DNA of 32,000 bases from assembly GCF_000011065.1 (NCBI RefSeq), contig NC_004663.1:2877412-2909411 (forward strand), read 5' to 3'. Numbering within the stretch: the stretch's first letter is position 1; each line of letters begins with the position of its first letter. A model generated the notes under the pieces. It did no database searches. It had not been told where the DNA came from and saw only the letters and a list, made by a program, of their open reading frames with translations. Positions 1-9,085 of this stretch are shown here, one piece after another. Origin of the DNA: Bacteroides thetaiotaomicron VPI-5482 (lineage in GTDB: Bacteria; Bacteroidota; Bacteroidia; Bacteroidales; Bacteroidaceae). The translations under genes were made by a program, and so were the position numbers.

Positions 1-6
1 CATAGC

Positions 7-765
7 CTACTTCCTGATAATGGACAACAGCTCTTCCGTAATCTCTTTCAGGTTGCTGCCTTTGACCAGCGTACCGTCTGCGGGGAACAGCGTGGAACGG
101 AACAATGCCCTATGTCCCCCTGTCAGCTCACGGCGGAACCGTTTGCTGTCCGGCAGGAAGGTCTTCAGCACTTTCAGTCCCAGCTCGCCGATCACCTGTT
201 CATACACTTTGTACAGTTCCGATTTCTCCCGGCCGTCCACCATGTTCCACAGCAGGTACAGCCCTTTGATATTCGTCTTGCCCGTAGCGATCAGCGTGTC
301 ATTCAGCCGGCTCGCAAAGCGGAGTGTGCTTTCCATCACCACCCTGTCAGCGGCAATGGGGGAAAAGACATAGTCCATGTTCACCAGCGTGTTCAACACG
401 CCCGTACTGTTTACCGTGCCCGGCAAGTCGAAGAACACGATGTCTGTTTCCGGCATCTTTTCCAGCAGTTCGTCCGCTTTCGTGACAGCGTCCTCAGCCG
501 TACTCTCCGCTACCGGATAGGCTTTCTTCCTTATCCGTTGCAGTTGTCTGTACGCCATCAGCTTGTAATGCTCGTCCTCCATGACCGTTTTCAGGTCACG
601 TTTTCTCATCTCGGCAATGCTGTGTTGCGGGTAGTCGCAATCCACCACCGCCACATTCATCCCTTTCACATAGTGCAGGTAACTTGCCACCAGCACGGTC
701 AGCGTTGTTTTTCCCGCTCCGCCTTTTTGCGTGGAAAAGGCGATAAAGAGTGTTTCTTTTTCCAT
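7..765 (-). CDS. ParA/Soj-family ATPase, conjugative-transposon TraA-like
   Basis: 252-aa ORF with a deviant Walker A near the N-terminus (FSTQKGGAGKTTLTV). It is divergent from the mob operon across a repeat-rich intergenic region. A further minus-strand ATG sits at 1-3 (next gene runs off the window). Confidence 0.85.
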   Translation of the reverse strand: MEKETLFIAFSTQKGGAGKTTLTVLVASYLHYVKGMNVAVVDCDYPQHSIAEMRKRDLKTVMEDEHYKLMAYRQLQRIRKKAYPVAESTAEDAVTKADELLEKMPETDIVFFDLPGTVNSTGVLNTLVNMDYVFSPIAADRVVMESTLRFASRLNDTLIATGKTNIKGLYLLWNMVDGREKSELYKVYEQVIGELGLKVLKTFLPDSKRFRRELTGGHRALFRSTLFPADGTLVKGSNLKEITEELLSIIRK

Positions 766-1564
766 GATGCAGTTTGTTTACAAATGATACTTTTGAATCA
801 ACGCCGCAAATAAAGAAGGAAAAAGAAGGGAAATTCATGGTTTGGGAACGGCGGAGTTCAAGTGGCCGGCTCCTGACGTGGAATGGCTGACTGAACAGCC
901 AACCGACCGAAGTATTGTCCGTCTGATTGGCCGACCGACGGTCTGACCATACATGACACAATCCGGCGGACTGCATAGCCTGTCGGACAAACAGGAAGAT
1001 AATCGGTTGCCTAATCATCCCGCCGGACAGACAGCCTTTTATCCGCTTGGTTGGCTGGTCAGCCAGCCGACCGCACCAACGTTGCAACGGCTGACCGTCT
1101 GGTTGGTTATCTGACCGGTTGGTCATTCAGTCCGTCATTACGCATCCCATTCAGGCACATCCTCAACCGCTGATTCAGCCATCATCGGCCGCCCGTTTTT
1201 CCTCCTGTTCCACCCGTGTGCACAAGTGGCTTCCATTTGGCATAATGTGGCTAATGTTAGTGATATACAACTGATTATATCACTTCCTAACTTTGCGCCA
1301 TCCAACCGGGAATGGGCAGTTTGCCTTCCGTCGGTCACCAATCCCCGCTTTCCCCGAAAGCGCTCTTTCCTCTCCAAAGAGGAAAGATTTATGTTCGCCA
1401 GAACATAGCAAGCTGTGTTTTTTGCAGCACCACTCCGTTTTGCAGCAAAAAACGCTTGCCCTTGCAGGGGGGCTGCAATTTGCTCCGAAGTCGCAAATTG
1501 TGGGAGGGGGAGCTGACGGAGGCAATTCCACCCGGTGGAATTGTACCACATAAAAAACGTATAT
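766..1564. other. Candidate oriT / relaxosome assembly region between the tra-side ParA gene and the mob operon
   Basis: 800-bp non-coding gap between divergent transfer genes. It holds iteron-like short repeats (about 860-1135) followed by a run of inverted repeats. These are 1261-1282, 1365-1386, 1391-1406, 1417-1425/1445-1453, 1462-1478, 1476-1483/1493-1500, and a perfect 21-nt palindrome at 1523-1543. Confidence 0.55.
860..1135. repeat. Iteron-like array of short GACCG / GGTTGG (CCAACC) motifs
   Basis: CCGACCG occurs at 903-909, 931-937 and 1067-1073. CTGACCG occurs at 1091-1097 and 1111-1117. GGTTGG occurs at 1049-1054, 1101-1106 and 1117-1122, with CCAACC at 899-904. Small palindromes are ggctg..cagcc (near 886-900 and 1053-1064) and gaccgacggtc (933-943). 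Confidence 0.6.
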
Positions 1565-2011
1565 ATGAACAACGAGAAAAAGCGTCCCCGCACACGGGGA
1601 AAAGGGGGCAGGTTACCCAAGCCGAACCCGGCCATCCGCCGTGAGACGGTCAATCTGGACGAAGCCGGCCATGCACGGTTTCTCACCATGTTTGAGCAGT
1701 CCGGTCTGTTGTCCAAATCCAAGTTCATCGCAGCACGGATCTTCAACGAAGAGTTCAGGGTGATCCGGACAGACCGTGCCACAATGGAGTATGTAGTCAA
1801 GCTCACGGAACTGTTCCGGCAGTTCCGTGCCATAGGAGTGAATTACAATCAGGCAGTCAAGGAATTGCACATCCATTTCACTGAAAAGAAAGCATTGGCA
1901 CTGCTCTACAGACTTGAAAAGCTCACCCTTGAACTCGTAGAGCTGAACCGCCGGATTGTCGAACTTTCCCAAAAACTCGCCTCACATGGTAGCCAGGATC
2001 AGCGTGGGTAA
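1565..2011 (+). CDS. Mobilization relaxosome accessory protein (MobA/MobC-like small basic protein)
   Basis: The ORF track begins at 1535 with a non-ATG start; ATG at 1565 gives MNNEKKRPRTRGKGGRLPKP, a basic N-terminus. It lies immediately upstream of the relaxase ORF and overlaps it by 26 nt. Confidence 0.7.
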   Translation: MNNEKKRPRTRGKGGRLPKPNPAIRRETVNLDEAGHARFLTMFEQSGLLSKSKFIAARIFNEEFRVIRTDRATMEYVVKLTELFRQFRAIGVNYNQAVKELHIHFTEKKALALLYRLEKLTLELVELNRRIVELSQKLASHGSQDQRG

Positions 2012-3212
2012 GAACTTGTACGGTGCATTGGCCTACAACCAGAACAAGGTCGATGAAGGCGGTGCGAAAGTCCTTTCGGCACATCTCCTCCGTTATCCCG
2101 AAGACGGGCGTTTCCGTCCGGATGAATCCGTGAGGCAGTTTCTCGAATGGATGCCGAACCATTACCGCACCGAGAAGCCGGTCATACACATCTCCCTCAA
2201 CCCGCATCCCGACGATGTGCTGACCGACGGGCAGCTGGCGGAAATCGGCAGGGAATACATGCAGCGGCTCGGTTACGGCAACCAGCCCTATCTTGTCTTT
2301 AAGCACGAGGACATCGGCCGGCATCATATCCACATCGTTTCCCTGCGTGTCGATAGTGAGGGAAGGAAAGTATCCGACAAGTTCGAATACCGTCGCAGCA
2401 AGGAGATTACCGAACTTCTGGAGCAGAAATACGGCCTGCATCCGGCGGAAGGCCGGAAGAAAGGCGAAGAGTGGCAGCTGAAGCCGGTAGATGTTGCAAA
2501 AGGGGACATCAAACGGCAGATCGCCTGTACCCTCAAACCCCTGCTCGAGCTTTACAGCTTCCGCACAATGGGCGAACTCCGTGCCCTGCTTTCCCTGTAT
2601 AATATAGGAGTGGAAGAAGTGAAGGGGGAAATTGGCGGACGCACCTATCACGGCATACTCTATACCGCTTTGGACGGCAACGGCGAAACGGCGGCCACTC
2701 CCATAAAGTCCTCCCGGCTGGGAAGAACGGCCGGTGCACAGCAGTTGGATAGGAAGATGCGGGAATCCGCCGCAAGAATCAAGTCCGCCCCGTGCCGTGA
2801 ACGGCTTCGACCGTTAGTGGCCGACGCTTTGCGCCAGTCCGTGGACGAACGGGATTTCCGTGACCGCCTGGCGAAAGAACAGATAGACTTGGTTCTCCGC
2901 CGCAACGGAACCGACAGGATTTACGGCGTTACCTTTATAGACCACCGCAGCCGCACCGTACTTAACGGCTCACGTCTGGGCAAGGAATTCTCGGCGAACA
3001 TGCTCAACGGACACTTTCAGGAACAGCCGCCAAATTCCCTGTCGCCACTTCTGCCGCCCGTTCCGTCCGCTGTGGCTTCCGGAAACGGGGAAAAAATTCC
3101 GGGAGGGTTGCTTTCCGATATGGAGCCGGAGCTGAACTATGTTCCCCGGTATCCCAAGCTCCTGAAGCCCGACAAAAAGAAACGCCGCCGGCGTTACGGC
3201 CGTCAGGACTGA
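1986..3212 (+). CDS. Relaxase / mobilization nuclease domain protein
   Basis: Histidine-triad region HEDIGRHHIHIVSLRVD, with HISLNPHPDD upstream. The likely start is MVARISVGKNLYGALAYNQNKV (ATG at 1986) rather than the ORF-track start at 1956. The C-terminal tail is basic. Confidence 0.85.
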   Translation: MVARISVGKNLYGALAYNQNKVDEGGAKVLSAHLLRYPEDGRFRPDESVRQFLEWMPNHYRTEKPVIHISLNPHPDDVLTDGQLAEIGREYMQRLGYGNQPYLVFKHEDIGRHHIHIVSLRVDSEGRKVSDKFEYRRSKEITELLEQKYGLHPAEGRKKGEEWQLKPVDVAKGDIKRQIACTLKPLLELYSFRTMGELRALLSLYNIGVEEVKGEIGGRTYHGILYTALDGNGETAATPIKSSRLGRTAGAQQLDRKMRESAARIKSAPCRERLRPLVADALRQSVDERDFRDRLAKEQIDLVLRRNGTDRIYGVTFIDHRSRTVLNGSRLGKEFSANMLNGHFQEQPPNSLSPLLPPVPSAVASGNGEKIPGGLLSDMEPELNYVPRYPKLLKPDKKKRRRRYGRQD

Positions 3213-3261
3213 ACCCGTATTACATAAGTATCAAGATGATAACTTTTTAAAATTCAGTATT

Positions 3262-5271
3262 ATGTCACAAGAAGATGATCTCAGGGGACTGGCGAAAGTC
3301 ATGGACTTTATGCGTGCCCTCAGCGTATTATTCGTAGTTGTCAATATCTATTGGTTCTGCTATCCGTCCATCCGGGAATGGAACGTCAATATCGGAGTGG
3401 TGGACAGGATTCTGCTGAACTTCCAGCGCACGACCGGATTGTTCGGCTCCATCCTTTGGACAAAGCTTTTCTCCGTTACCTTCCTTGCCCTCTCGTGTCT
3501 GGGCACGAAGGGTGTAAAGGAGGAAAAAATCAAATGGGTGCATATCTGGACAGCCCTTTCCGCAGGTGTCGTCCTCTTCTTTTTCAACTGGTGGCTGCTC
3601 TGCCTGCCCGTACCGTTATTGGCACGCACCGCCTTTTATATATTCACTCTTGCTGTCGGCTATCTCTGCCTGCTCGCCGCCGGTGTATGGATTTCCCGCC
3701 TGCTCAAACAGAACCTCATGGACGATGTGTTCAACAACGAGAACGAAAGTTTCATGCAGGAAACAAGGCTTATCGAAAATGAATATTCCGTAAATCTGCC
3801 GACACGGTTCTATTATGGCAAGAAGTGGAACGACGGATGGATCAATGTCGTGAACCCTTTCCGTGCCTCCATCGTGCTGGGAACGCCCGGTTCGGGCAAG
3901 TCCTTTGCGGTGGTGAACTCCTACATCAAACAGCAGATAGAGAAAGGCTATGCCGCCTATATCTACGATTTCAAGTTTCCCGACCTCTCCACCATTGCTT
4001 ACAACCACCTGATCGGTCATTTGGAGGGGTATAAAGTGCCGCCGAAGTTCTATGTCATAAACTTCGACGATCCCTCACGCAGCCACCGCTGCAATCCCCT
4101 CAATCCGAAGTTCATGACCGACATCTCCGATGCTTACGAGAGTTCATACAGCATCATGCTCAACCTCAACCGGTCGTGGGCGGCGAAGCAGGGCGATTTC
4201 TTCGTCGAGTCGCCCACCATTCTCTTTGCCGCCATCATCTGGTTCCTGCGGGTGTATAAGGACGGCAGGTATTGTACCTTCCCCCATGCCGTCGAGTTCC
4301 TTAACAAGCCCTACGAGCAGATTTTTCCCATCATGTCCTCCTATCCCGAACTGGAGAACTACCTCAGCCCCTTCCTCGATGCGTGGCTGGCGGGAGCTGC
4401 CGACCAGCTCATGGGCCAGATCGCCAGTGCGAAGATTCCCCTGTCCCGCATGATCTCGCCGGCACTCTATTGGGTGATGTCCGCCGACGAGTTCTCTTTG
4501 GACATCAACAATCCCGACGAGCCGAAAATCCTCTGCATAGGCAACAATCCCGACCGGCAGGCGATCTACGGTGCTGCGCTCGGCCTGTACAACAGCCGTA
4601 TTGTAAAGATTGTCAACAAGAAGGGCAGGTTGAAGAGTTCCATCATCATCGACGAGCTACCCACCATCTTCATCAAGGGACTGGACAACCTGATAGCCAC
4701 CGCACGCAGCAACAAGGTCGCTGTGCTGCTCGGCTTTCAGGATTTCAGCCAGCTTATCCGTGACTATACCGACAAGGAGGCGAAGGTGATCATCAACACG
4801 GTAGGCAACATATTTTCAGGACAGGTCGTAGGGGAAACGGCCAAAACCCTCAGCGAGAGGTTCGGCAAGATACTTCAGAAACGCCACTCCATCTCCATCA
4901 ACCGGCAGGACGTTTCCACCTCCATATCCACCCAAATGGACAGTCTCATTCCACCCAGCAAGATCAGCGGACTGACACAGGGAATGTTCGTCGGCTCCGT
5001 AGCCGACAACTTCGGGGAGAGGATTGAACAGAAAATCTTCCACTGCGAGATTGTCGTCGATGCCAAGAAAATAGCCGAAGAGGAAAAGGCATATCAGAAG
5101 ATACCCGTTATCACCGGCTTCGTGGACGGTGAAGGGGTGAATCACATGAAGGAAATGGTACAGGAAAACTACAACCGGATCAAGGAGGATGTCAGACGGA
5201 TCGTGGCCGACGAGCTGGAGCGCATCGCCGCAGATCCCAACCTCAGACATCTTCTGGAACTGAACAAATAA
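3262..5271 (+). CDS. Type IV secretion coupling protein (TraG/TraD/VirD4 family)
   Basis: 669 aa. The N-terminus has hydrophobic helices. Walker A is LGTPGSGKSF and a Walker-B-like IIIDELPT is present. It follows the relaxase in the same operon. Confidence 0.88.
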   Translation: MSQEDDLRGLAKVMDFMRALSVLFVVVNIYWFCYPSIREWNVNIGVVDRILLNFQRTTGLFGSILWTKLFSVTFLALSCLGTKGVKEEKIKWVHIWTALSAGVVLFFFNWWLLCLPVPLLARTAFYIFTLAVGYLCLLAAGVWISRLLKQNLMDDVFNNENESFMQETRLIENEYSVNLPTRFYYGKKWNDGWINVVNPFRASIVLGTPGSGKSFAVVNSYIKQQIEKGYAAYIYDFKFPDLSTIAYNHLIGHLEGYKVPPKFYVINFDDPSRSHRCNPLNPKFMTDISDAYESSYSIMLNLNRSWAAKQGDFFVESPTILFAAIIWFLRVYKDGRYCTFPHAVEFLNKPYEQIFPIMSSYPELENYLSPFLDAWLAGAADQLMGQIASAKIPLSRMISPALYWVMSADEFSLDINNPDEPKILCIGNNPDRQAIYGAALGLYNSRIVKIVNKKGRLKSSIIIDELPTIFIKGLDNLIATARSNKVAVLLGFQDFSQLIRDYTDKEAKVIINTVGNIFSGQVVGETAKTLSERFGKILQKRHSISINRQDVSTSISTQMDSLIPPSKISGLTQGMFVGSVADNFGERIEQKIFHCEIVVDAKKIAEEEKAYQKIPVITGFVDGEGVNHMKEMVQENYNRIKEDVRRIVADELERIAADPNLRHLLELNK

Positions 5272-5288
5272 CCGTAAATGCAAGGCCT

Positions 5289-5314
5289 TCACACACGTGG
5301 AGAACCGTGTGTGA
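5289..5314. terminator. Hairpin between convergent coupling-protein and rteC-like genes
   Basis: 9-bp perfect stem tcacacacg / cgtgtgtga with an 8-nt loop, extendable with a bulge. It has no clear T-tract, so it is only a candidate bidirectional terminator. Confidence 0.4.
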
Positions 5315-5327
5315 AAGGGTCCGCATT

Positions 5328-5948
5328 TCATCGGTTGCGTCTCCTGTGCCCCTCGTCATCGTCTTCCATCCGTTTGAGCAGAACTTCACGCAGGCGGTCG
5401 ATGAAGTAGGTTCTGTCTCCCGCCTTACGCCGCCGCATCCGCGCGTAGTAGCTCGAGGCATTCTTCACGTTCACCCCCAGCACATGGCAGACGTATTCCA
5501 CCACACGCCCGAGTGTCACCTCACCGCCGTTGAACATCTTCAGCTCGTGGCAGGCATACAGCAGTTCCATCAGGCAGATGACCTCTGCCGTCCAGCAGAC
5601 CGGGGGATCACCCTCTGTAGTCGGCAGACATGCCGGAGCGATGGCGGAACCGCACTTATGAATGAACCTGCATCTGTCCAGCAGACCTTTCAGGTACTCC
5701 AGCGTACCAATGATATAGGCATAGCAGGGCAAGTGCTCTTTTTGTGCTGTGCGGTAATGCTCACGCAGAATGACCAGTTTGCAACTTAGATATTGCAGCT
5801 GGAAAAAGACGAGCGTAACATCCTTTTCCACACGTTGCAGCTCATAGACCTCACGGATGAACTCGGTGTTGGCGTTTGCCAGTGTATTCCTGTCACTCTC
5901 TTCTCGCTCCAGTAACAGGAAATAAGGGATAAAAGTAAACAGTTCCAT
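5328..5948 (-). CDS. rteC: RteC-domain regulatory protein
   Basis: The C-terminal half (WTAEVICLMELLYACHELKMFNGGEVTLGRVVEYVCHVLGV...YYARMRRRK) matches my recollection of the RteC family of CTnDOT-type elements. The likely start is MELFTFIPY (5948) rather than 5996. Confidence 0.65.
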   Translation of the reverse strand: MELFTFIPYFLLLEREESDRNTLANANTEFIREVYELQRVEKDVTLVFFQLQYLSCKLVILREHYRTAQKEHLPCYAYIIGTLEYLKGLLDRCRFIHKCGSAIAPACLPTTEGDPPVCWTAEVICLMELLYACHELKMFNGGEVTLGRVVEYVCHVLGVNVKNASSYYARMRRRKAGDRTYFIDRLREVLLKRMEDDDEGHRRRNR

Positions 5949-6052
5949 GCTGTTCGGGATTTTAATTAAACACCGGCAAGATAGCGAAACGAGCACTGAT
6001 AGCCGTTACGCTTTTTATTTGAAATAAGCTCTACATCAAGCCTGATGAATTT

Positions 6053-6889
6053 TTATTTGCTCCGCCACCGGTGAGCCAGTGCCTGCTTCAGCCTCCCCGG
6101 AGTGCATCCCATGTTTCTTTTACAGAATTCACACAGACGGCTTGCTGATGAAAATCCGTTCCTCTCCGATATTTCTCCCAGTGAAAGTCCATGATTATAT
6201 TTTATATCCAGACATATGCGTTTTATTCGCCGATTCCTTAGCCAACGTCCCGGGGGTAACCCGTAAACAGACAGGAACCTGTTTCTGAAGGCCGAATAAC
6301 TCATACGGCACAGCAGGGAGAGTGTACCGACGGAATACACGCCGGGGCTGTAAAAAATCACTTTCAGACGAAATACGGCGACGGACAATATCCTCAACCG
6401 CCTTTCTGCGAACTGAAAGTCCAGTTCACTGACACAAGTGGAATATCCCCGGAGCTGTTTCCTCCGTTCCAGATAGAAATACAAGCAAACCTCCCTGCAA
6501 ATATCATGCAGGGAAACAGATGGGCCTATAGCATACAAAATCTCACAAAGCCAAAGCATTTCCTCCGTGCGTCCCCTCTTGCGGCATGGCAGGACGGCAT
6601 TTGCCCGCAACCTGCACAAAACATCCCTGTCCCGTGAAAGGGAGAGCAATACCAGAACGGCCCTGTATGCAGGACAAGCCATGCCGGGGAGTTCCGGCAG
6701 CATCTCCAGCACACGGAGCACATGACCGCAGAGTTCGGAGTTCCCTGCGTACCTTCCCAACACGAGCAGCCTCTTTATCTTCTTCGTCCGGGAGAGTCTT
6801 CTCACATCATTGCAAAACAGGCTGACCATCTCTTTCTGCCCATCCTGCGCATGCTTTCTGAACAGTTCCAGAAGATCAGGCTCCGCCAT
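6053..6889 (-). CDS. AraC/XylS-family transcriptional regulator
   Basis: 278 aa with a C-terminal double-HTH-like region (LSLGEISERNGFSSASRLCEFCKRNMGCTPGRLKQA). Confidence 0.75.
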   Translation of the reverse strand: MAEPDLLELFRKHAQDGQKEMVSLFCNDVRRLSRTKKIKRLLVLGRYAGNSELCGHVLRVLEMLPELPGMACPAYRAVLVLLSLSRDRDVLCRLRANAVLPCRKRGRTEEMLWLCEILYAIGPSVSLHDICREVCLYFYLERRKQLRGYSTCVSELDFQFAERRLRILSVAVFRLKVIFYSPGVYSVGTLSLLCRMSYSAFRNRFLSVYGLPPGRWLRNRRIKRICLDIKYNHGLSLGEISERNGFSSASRLCEFCKRNMGCTPGRLKQALAHRWRSK

Positions 6890-6929
6890 TCCCGCCCATA
6901 CCCGTTTACTTCATACCGTGCCTTATCAT

Positions 6930-7211
6930 TCACAGCACACCCATTATTCTGATACAATCGTCATCAACCAGACACGGGTATTGCGCCAGTCGTTCCAGCA
7001 CCGGTTCCAATGCGAATCCCTGTATAATTCTGTGACGTTTGCTGTCACTACAAAACACACTTTCCATCTCCATTTCAGGAAAGTAACACAGAAGATGGGC
7101 GGCAGAGGCGTCAAAAGCCACAGGGCCGTCCTCGTGAAGAAAAATGTAAATATCCGACACATTTGCACTTTCCATTCCCTTGATCAGATCTGTTATCTCC
7201 ATCTTGCACAT
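6930..7211 (-). CDS. Hypothetical protein
   Basis: 93-aa ORF co-oriented with its neighbours and fitting the gap between them. No motif recognised. Confidence 0.4.
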   Translation of the reverse strand: MCKMEITDLIKGMESANVSDIYIFLHEDGPVAFDASAAHLLCYFPEMEMESVFCSDSKRHRIIQGFALEPVLERLAQYPCLVDDDCIRIMGVL

Positions 7212-7287
7212 TTTATAATATTTTTACATTTTTTCTTATTTCCCGAATACTCCGAGCATACGAATTTTCGGTTTTATGCCAAACATC

Positions 7288-7833
7288 CTATTCTACGGCC
7301 TTACGGAATTCCTTATCCGCAAAAAGCTCCGCCAGTCCCGATATCTGCTTCAGGCGCAGCAACTCATCCTTGTCCATACCCAGGTTCCTGCGTATCCACG
7401 AATCCGACATGCCCGACCTCGTAAGTTCCCCGACAAGCCGTGTCATAAGCTCGATCTTATGCATTCCACGGGCACGGTTATGGCGGATGGTAGAGGCCAT
7501 ACGCTCGGCCAGATCCTTACGGATGACGGTAACGGGTAACAGTCCGTTCTCCCGCTTGTATATTCTGGGCGAGGTCATCATGACCTTATACCTGTGATAG
7601 CCGTCCACAAGCTCGTACACATCCTCTTTCTCAATGTAATAACACACGCACGGCATCGTGTACCCATCCTCCCAAATCGAGAGTTCCAAAAGCCGCATCT
7701 CAGGAGGGGCCGTCACGTTGGGATTATAGGAATTCGCCCTGATCCTTTCCACCGGTACAGCCTTGACGCCATACACGGGACTGGTAAATTCATTGTCCAT
7801 CTTTTCATTCATTAAAATAAGATCTATATTCAT
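7288..7833 (-). CDS. ParB-like nuclease domain protein (IbrB-like)
   Basis: 181 aa. The N-terminal ParB-type core is VPVERIRANSYNPN...VDGYHRYKV. It overlaps the 3' end of the upstream PAPS-reductase-like gene. Alternative starts are at 7812 and 7800. Confidence 0.75.
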   Translation of the reverse strand: MNIDLILMNEKMDNEFTSPVYGVKAVPVERIRANSYNPNVTAPPEMRLLELSIWEDGYTMPCVCYYIEKEDVYELVDGYHRYKVMMTSPRIYKRENGLLPVTVIRKDLAERMASTIRHNRARGMHKIELMTRLVGELTRSGMSDSWIRRNLGMDKDELLRLKQISGLAELFADKEFRKAVE

Positions 7834-9079
7834 CCATCATCTTCCGTCTTCTTTCCTGTTCCTGTTTATTTGGTGAAAAGCCCATGTACTTGCAACAGTG
7901 GTCGTTTTTCAGGATACAGATGCACATCCGCTTGTACGAGGGCAATTCACGGAATTCAGGCAGGTCTATGTCATCAAGGTATTCCATCCTGACCGGGAGC
8001 TTGTGCATCCTGTATCCCGATGTCCCGCCAAGTTCGAAAGGGATATTCAACCTCTTGAGTTTCATGATAGTTTCTTTTGCCAGACAGCCGCCCTTCTCCC
8101 GCCAGAACCGCACGCTTACCTCCAGTTTATCCAGATAGTTGTTCCTGGCATCCTCAGGAAGGGTGTCCAGAAGGAAAAAAAGATATTTTTTCCAGGTCAT
8201 TCCCTCAGGCAGCCTGACACCCCGCCATCCCATCGCTACAGAGTTACCGTACCCCCCGGCAAAATTAACACCGTTCACACGTCCCAGCATCTTGCCCCAC
8301 ATCTCCGGCTCGATCACCCTGTACAGATGCAGCGACGGGATGGCCTGGGAAATGAACGGGCTCGCAACACGCTGGCTGTTCAGAGGAACACCCGCCTGAT
8401 AATAGAGGTCATACAACCTGTTGTATTTCCAACGGAAACGGCCATTGGCAGTCCATATATCCGTAGTATGCCAGTCATACAACGGATACACGTTGTCTAT
8501 GCCCTCATCGACAGGACATATCCAGTCGGCTGAAGGGCCCGGAGTGCTACGATAGATCGTTCTCCAACGGTTAAAGCTTTCCTGGGTACGTATTCCAACC
8601 AGACATGCCACTTTTTGCACTCCAAGTTGCTTGCGGAGCCAAAAGGAAAAACATTCCTGGAACTCGTAATCCCACATCTGCGGAGTATAAAAATCAAATG
8701 CTTCCGTACCCAGGTATTCCACAGGCATCTCCCTGACCCAACGGACACAAGGGTCCCAGGGCCGCCAGAATCTCTGGTACATGGATGCAGCCGAACCGAC
8801 CTTGAAAGGCACGCAACAGCGGTAAACATCCAGAATATCCCGGTTCGAAGACAGCATCTCATCCACATACTCCGTGGTCAGGGAATACTGCACTTCGTAA
8901 TCCATATGGAATACTCCCATCCGACCTCCATATTGCCTGATATGCTCCACACAGGCATTCAGCAGCACACCGCTGTCCTTACCCCCCGAAAAAGAAAGGT
9001 ACACATAATCATACTCGCCGAAGATTCTTCTGATCCTCTCCCGCAACGCCTGATATACATTCATCCGAGTTCCTCCCAT
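7805..9079 (-). CDS. PAPS reductase-family PP-loop protein with C-terminal extension (IbrA-like / DUF3440-like)
   Basis: 424 aa. PP-loop motif LSFSGGKDSG. The long C-terminal extension ends in PSYKRMCICILKNDHCCKYMGF. It is paired with a ParB-like gene as in IbrA/IbrB. An alternative start is at 9064. Confidence 0.8.
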   Translation of the reverse strand: MGGTRMNVYQALRERIRRIFGEYDYVYLSFSGGKDSGVLLNACVEHIRQYGGRMGVFHMDYEVQYSLTTEYVDEMLSSNRDILDVYRCCVPFKVGSAASMYQRFWRPWDPCVRWVREMPVEYLGTEAFDFYTPQMWDYEFQECFSFWLRKQLGVQKVACLVGIRTQESFNRWRTIYRSTPGPSADWICPVDEGIDNVYPLYDWHTTDIWTANGRFRWKYNRLYDLYYQAGVPLNSQRVASPFISQAIPSLHLYRVIEPEMWGKMLGRVNGVNFAGGYGNSVAMGWRGVRLPEGMTWKKYLFFLLDTLPEDARNNYLDKLEVSVRFWREKGGCLAKETIMKLKRLNIPFELGGTSGYRMHKLPVRMEYLDDIDLPEFRELPSYKRMCICILKNDHCCKYMGFSPNKQEQERRRKMMDEYRSYFNE

Positions 9080-9085
9080 TCTCTT

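Noticed and set aside
112-813. 233-aa + strand ORF overlapping the ParA-like gene
   Set aside because: It is antisense to a gene with a canonical Walker A, and its product has no recognisable features.
596-1833. Minus-strand ORFs of 176 aa and 231 aa spanning the tra-mob intergenic region
   Set aside because: They run through the iteron and inverted-repeat arrays and overlap the ParA or MobA coding regions. The repetitive peptide content (QPDGQP, DQPT, NQTD) mirrors the DNA repeats rather than a real protein.
7805-9079. PAPS reductase-like gene as ordinary sulfate-assimilation CysH
   Set aside because: It is about 200 aa longer than CysH and has a distinctive C-terminal extension. It overlaps a ParB-like gene, sits in mobile-element cargo, and has no other cys genes nearby.
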